The position numbers and the translations under genes were made by a program. A stretch of 63,958 bases of DNA, filler included, from Licmophora abbreviata (lineage: Eukaryota), in assembly GCA_900291995.1 (NCBI GenBank). It is 16 parts of 16 records of this genome, joined end to end, with 100 filler letters (N's around TTAATTAATTAA, not from the genome) between each part and the next. Parts side by side here need not be neighbours in the genome. Positions count along the whole stretch, not along the records: positions 58,640 to 61,361 come from OLMU01000424.1; positions 61,462 to 62,736 come from OLMU01000431.1; positions 62,837 to 63,958 come from OLMU01000497.1; 13 more parts are not named here. One strand, written 5' to 3'. The notes under the pieces are model-generated. The model ran no database searches and was not told the DNA's origin. It saw only the letters and a list, made by a program, of their open reading frames with translations. Of the stretch, positions 59,770 through 63,958 are shown piece after piece (position 1 is the first letter of the stretch; the number at the start of each line of letters is the position of its first letter).

Positions 59770-60150
59770 TCATTTCTTCGCTTCTCTTGGGTCGCGCCTC
59801 TTGTCGGTGCCACTTGCAGGGCGTTTCGTGTCTCGCTTCTCGGCCATCAAGGATTCGAAGATGTCGTCGTTGCCATCCCAGGAGGAGCTCCTCGTACTGC
59901 TGAAGGAGCCAAAGCCATTCCACCGAAAACTTGTGCCAGACAGGCACTTCACATGGTAATTATCAAGAAGTCCCTTTACAATCAAGAGAAGAGGGCCGAG
60001 ATGTGACATCATGTGAGTGCTAGAATCCACGACCGATATCACCGATCAACAAGCGAGGAGTGGGCTACTCACGTCCAGAGACTCGTCTTCAATCGCAACA
60101 ATTACAGGCCTGTTGAGGCGACGAAGCTCCTCGTGTATAGTGCGCGGCAT
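59770..60150 (-). CDS. Small hypothetical protein (about 93 aa); exons 60150-60073 and 59973-59770
   Basis: GAC|gtgagt ... taaag|GGA joins MPRTIHEELRRLNRPVIVAIEDESLD in frame to GLLDNYHVKC...; no family recognised. Confidence 0.4.
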
Positions 60151-60662
60151 TGCTGATAACGAAGCTACGAAGCGGAACGATCTCGGTGGTAGATCGTACC
60201 TTTGATGTGCAGAGCTGTGACGGATCGCATGAGACGATTTTGTGTGCAGTTGCGCTGAGCAGTGAGACAAGATGACGAACGTGTGGAACCATAATCTCAT
60301 TCTCATGCAATTTCGCTCTCACCTGCACACACTTAGGGAAATGTCTCGACTATTGAATTGATTATGCAAATTGATCTCGCACATGACACACTTGCAGAAA
60401 CTTAATATTGAACGCCTTTGAGGCTCATTTAAGAAGCTTGTATCCTTTATGCCATATCCAAATATCATATGACGCAGGTGGCGACCACAAGCCATCACAC
60501 TCAATAAATGAGGGTCGTGAGCTTCATCATACCGCACACTTTCACGTGACACAGTGATAAAACATCAACTAACTTACTTTAAAAAATATGATATACAACT
60601 AACCGCGTAAATTCTGTTTCGTTTCGTGCTACCGGTACATCCTATGCGGGCCATCGTCCTCC

Positions 60663-61361
60663 CTAGTAGCTTCCTCCAGCCTGAAACGTCTTCATGTCCT
60701 TGTTCGCTTCGCTTGCGTCGACTACCTCAGCTGCAGCTCCTTGCGCAATCGCATCCGCACAGCTCATTCGAATCCGTTCGCTGGTGGCGGGCATGCGGAA
60801 CTCAAAGTAGGTGTCTTCCTTAAGGTTTTGCTTCCGGGCTGCCCGAACGGCCTCCTTCGCAGCATAGTAAACACTGCTCCCAAGATAGAACGGGGGCTCT
60901 CCAATAGCCTTGCTGCTATGGACTGCAAACGGATTATCAACCTTGTCGAGCAAAGTGACATTGAAGATCTCGGGCACGTCATTGAACGCTGGGATCTTGT
61001 ATGTACCAGGGCCCTTGGTGAAGAGGGAGCCTCTTGGACGGACCCACTTGTGATCGTCGTCGGCGTAGATGGGTTCTTCAATCGTACTCCAGCCCATTCC
61101 TTGCGTAAAGGCACCTTCAATCTGACCGATATCAATCGAAGGATTGATACTTGAGCCGACATCTACCAGTAGATCGGACCGGATCGTACGATGATTGCCT
61201 GTCAGAGTCTCAATCTCGACTTCCGTACACGCGATACCTTGTGTGAAGTAGTTGAACGGGTTGCCCTTCCAAGAGTTCTCGGGGGCATCCGCCGGAAAGT
61301 CGTCAGGCTTCTGCTTATCCCAAAAGAATCCACAGCGCTTGTCGTCGAGCGCAAAGAATCC
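60663..61361 (-). CDS. XDH: Xanthine dehydrogenase, C-terminal molybdopterin-domain fragment (rest lost in the gap)
   Basis: PFNYFTQG..EVEI..LTG, DVGSSINPSIDIGQIEGAFTQGMG, GPGTYKIP, SSKAIGEPP, PATSERIRM. Confidence 0.93.
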   Translation of the reverse strand, partial: GFFALDDKRCGFFWDKQKPDDFPADAPENSWKGNPFNYFTQGIACTEVEIETLTGNHRTIRSDLLVDVGSSINPSIDIGQIEGAFTQGMGWSTIEEPIYADDDHKWVRPRGSLFTKGPGTYKIPAFNDVPEIFNVTLLDKVDNPFAVHSSKAIGEPPFYLGSSVYYAAKEAVRAARKQNLKEDTYFEFRMPATSERIRMSCADAIAQGAAAEVVDASEANKDMKTFQAGGSY

Positions 61362-61857
61362 NNNNNNNNNNNNNNNNNNNNNNNNNNNNNNNNNNNNNNN
61401 NNNNNTTAATTAATTAANNNNNNNNNNNNNNNNNNNNNNNNNNNNNNNNNNNNNNNNNNNNAAGACGAGAACATGAGACATTTATGCAATTTGTTCTTAG
61501 TGCAGCTTTGGACAGTATCGTCAGTGGAAGGCGATGTTGCCTTGTTGCTATCATCGTGGTCGAGAAAGATGAACGGCCTCCGCAAGAGATGGCGGAGAAA
61601 ATGGAGGGAAAGTCTGTCTGTCATCAGGCATCCATCCTAATGCAAATCGTCGCTCTCGAACAACCGGGTGATGATGAGAGGTGCCCTTCGCAAAAGTCAG
61701 AGGAAAGTCTCATGACGCTCACGCCTCGCATTGTTGCGCGTTGCACAGCATCGGCGCAGTCGCTTGCAGATGAGAGTGGTATGACCGTGACAGCAGTGAC
61801 TTTCTGGACCCTCATCGCCAGTACTACTGTCTGTTGAAGACAAACGAATCATAAATC

Positions 61858-62736
61858 ATGTTGGAAGCGCCGACACAGCCGTTTCCCGTTTCAAAAACAC
61901 AAGTCAATGGCAGCAATCATGCCAAGGACGACGACGACGACGACCAGTCATCCTTGACAGCAGCAGCCGATTTGATTCGCACTTTGGATACGGCGTTTGC
62001 AGAAATGTCGACGCTCTCTGCCTCGGCAGCACGAGATGCGGAAGATGCACGCCGCAATGCGCGAGCGGCATCGGAAGTCGCACGACGATATACCGCACGA
62101 TCATACCCGACTTCCTCTGCATTTGGAACTGAGACAACGACGACGACGATGATTACCGGTGGCAATAACTACCCGAGATCGACTAGCAATGTTTCAAACG
62201 ACCGAACCAACGGTGGATACCATGTTTCCGGAAATTCTGGAGCAAGCATGATGGAGGCTTCTTCAGAAATACGCTTTCTCGCTTCCAATGACAAGGCGCA
62301 ACTCGCCACCTTGGACGAAAATGACGCGACGGCCGTGGTGCACTACGACGGTGCACAGGCGTCCGCCGACGCTACTGCGGCAGGAAGAAAGCGTAAAACT
62401 TACAAATCAGCTCAATCATCTTCGGAACGACTGGCGCAGTCACATGCCGAAGACGTGCTATCCTTGTCTTTGGAACTTGAGCGGACCAAACAAGCATTGG
62501 AAACGGAACAGCGCCATCACGACGAGACGCGGGCGTCTTTGACGGAAGCTCGGTGCCAAAATACGCAGCTTGACAATCAGGTGCAAAAAATTCTGAGTGA
62601 TCTGGAAACGCAGCGAGAAGATCACGGGCGGGAGGTGGACGGATTGAAACAAGAATTGAAACGAGCACAGGTGCGGGTGGACGCGGCGGAAGAAGATGCG
62701 CAGCTGGCACTGGATTTGGCCAAGGCGAATGCGGAT
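61858..62736 (+). CDS. Coiled-coil protein, 3'-truncated by gap
   Basis: Long ORF with heptad, charged helices (LSLELERTKQALETEQ...). Confidence 0.7.
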
Positions 62737-63081
62737 NNNNNNNNNNNNNNNNNNNNNNNNNNNNNNNNNNNNNNNNNNNNTTAATTAATTAANNNNNNNN
62801 NNNNNNNNNNNNNNNNNNNNNNNNNNNNNNNNNNNNATTGTTAGTATAGGGGTCGACTGAACGATGTAACGAGACGACTGACGACAGGTGTTATCGTGCA
62901 AGGACTTGCGAGCTCTTTGGACTCGTGACGAACTCTGCATTTCTGATTCACGCGTTCGCATCATCGTGTGGCCTCTCCGCGGCGCTGATGTCGACCCTTG
63001 TCATTTTGTCTCGCGGGTTGTTTGCTCTCGCCCCCACACAGTCCACAGTTGCACTCTTTCGCTTCTTCTAACGTTCTGTAA

Positions 63082-63958
63082 ATGACGGAAAACGAGACTG
63101 CGCAAATGGTTCCTTCGCTGACTGCGGAGGAGGATCCTGCTTTCGTCGAGTCTGATGCAGGTGCTGCCAAAGACAACGACGACTCCACGAGTGAGGACAA
63201 GAACAACGATCGTTATGGCGACTCGGCCCTTCAGATTGTCTCGATTGGTACGGAAGAAAGCGCATACGCCTTCGAATTCAAGGAAGAGAATCTCAACGCC
63301 ATCCTCTCCAAGGTGCCTCCGGGTTGGAATGTGGCAGTCGTGAGCGTCGTCGGCGCCTTCCGCACGGGCAAGTCCTTTCTGCTCAGCTGGTTCTTGCGCT
63401 ACTTGCACAGTCAAAGTCAGACAAGTATCAAGCAAACGGACAAGGACTCCAAGTGGTACGAGACATTTCAGACTTTAGGAAACGACGGATTCGATTGGAG
63501 GGGTGGCGCAGAACGCAACACAACGGGCATTTGGATGTGGAGCGAGCCGCACTTTCTGCCTGACAATCTTGCAGTCTTGCTGGTCGACACTCAGGGCATG
63601 TTTGATCACGAGACCACCATGGCCTTGACGGCATCCATCTTTGGACTCAGCACGCTCCTCAGTAGTTACCAGATTTACAATGTCGACAAGCGTATTCAGG
63701 AAGACAACTTGCAACAGCTTGCTTTGTTTTCCGAGTACGCGCGCATGGCCATGGCAACGGAACACCGTGACAAGAAGGGCGACGACGTTAGTGGTAAGGA
63801 CGGAGAAGAAGCCAAACCATTCCAAACTATGGAGTTTCTGGTGCGTGATTGGCAGCACTTCGAGGAGGAAGATGACTATGACGCCATGCAAAAGGAGATG
63901 GACGAGTATTTGAAGGGCGTCATTGCCGAGCGAGATGCAAAAGACTTGCAAGACACTC
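63082..63958 (+). CDS. ATL: Atlastin/guanylate-binding-protein family GTPase, 3'-truncated (absent from the ORF track because it has no stop in the window)
   Basis: My translation: VAVVSVVGAFRTGKSFLL (G1), GFDWRGGAERNTTGIWMW (G2), LLVDTQGMFD (G3), SSYQIYNV, FLVRDW (G4). Confidence 0.92.
   Translation, partial: MTENETAQMVPSLTAEEDPAFVESDAGAAKDNDDSTSEDKNNDRYGDSALQIVSIGTEESAYAFEFKEENLNAILSKVPPGWNVAVVSVVGAFRTGKSFLLSWFLRYLHSQSQTSIKQTDKDSKWYETFQTLGNDGFDWRGGAERNTTGIWMWSEPHFLPDNLAVLLVDTQGMFDHETTMALTASIFGLSTLLSSYQIYNVDKRIQEDNLQQLALFSEYARMAMATEHRDKKGDDVSGKDGEEAKPFQTMEFLVRDWQHFEEEDDYDAMQKEMDEYLKGVIAERDAKDLQDT

Noticed and set aside
5264..62836. Recurrent palindrome TTAATTAATTAA as a repeat or regulatory element
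   Set aside because: Always centred in 44N+44N; an assembly linker with six-frame stops.

Overview
Gene-dense eukaryotic scaffold, most likely from a diatom: short GT-AG introns, an ASAFAP-like plastid-targeting motif and diatom-type gene families. Fifteen artificial 100-nt spacers (44N-TTAATTAATTAA-44N) join its contigs. It carries about 32 protein-coding genes and one intron-containing tRNA-Tyr. Core genes: CstF-77, URB2, LAMMER kinase, TOM7, complex I NDUFC2, ORC5, TRM11, an XDH fragment and atlastin. Other enzymes: GH2 beta-mannosidase, GT29, rhomboid, S49 peptidase, RsmJ-like, PhyH, sterol desaturase-like and a COG4976-like methyltransferase. Most notable structure: the TRM11-3'/ORC5-5' junction occurs twice as a diverged direct repeat. 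Within this duplicated region sit three predicted secretory-pathway genes (exostosin/RXYLT1-like GT, PKDCC/POMK-like kinase, processive GT2), an LRR exon remnant and a tandem repeat; this is a candidate acquired glycan-synthesis island. Also notable: a spliced Cys-less LOV-like PAS protein with a mitochondrial-type presequence, a sugar-binding-protein/pseudokinase/cyclase receptor, a tail-to-tail membrane SET/kinase pair, a degenerate SNF2 lobe and a plastid EF-hand/ferredoxin protein. Five frameshifts are each repairable by adding or removing one A and are probably sequencing errors. All family calls come from motif recognition by eye, not database searches.
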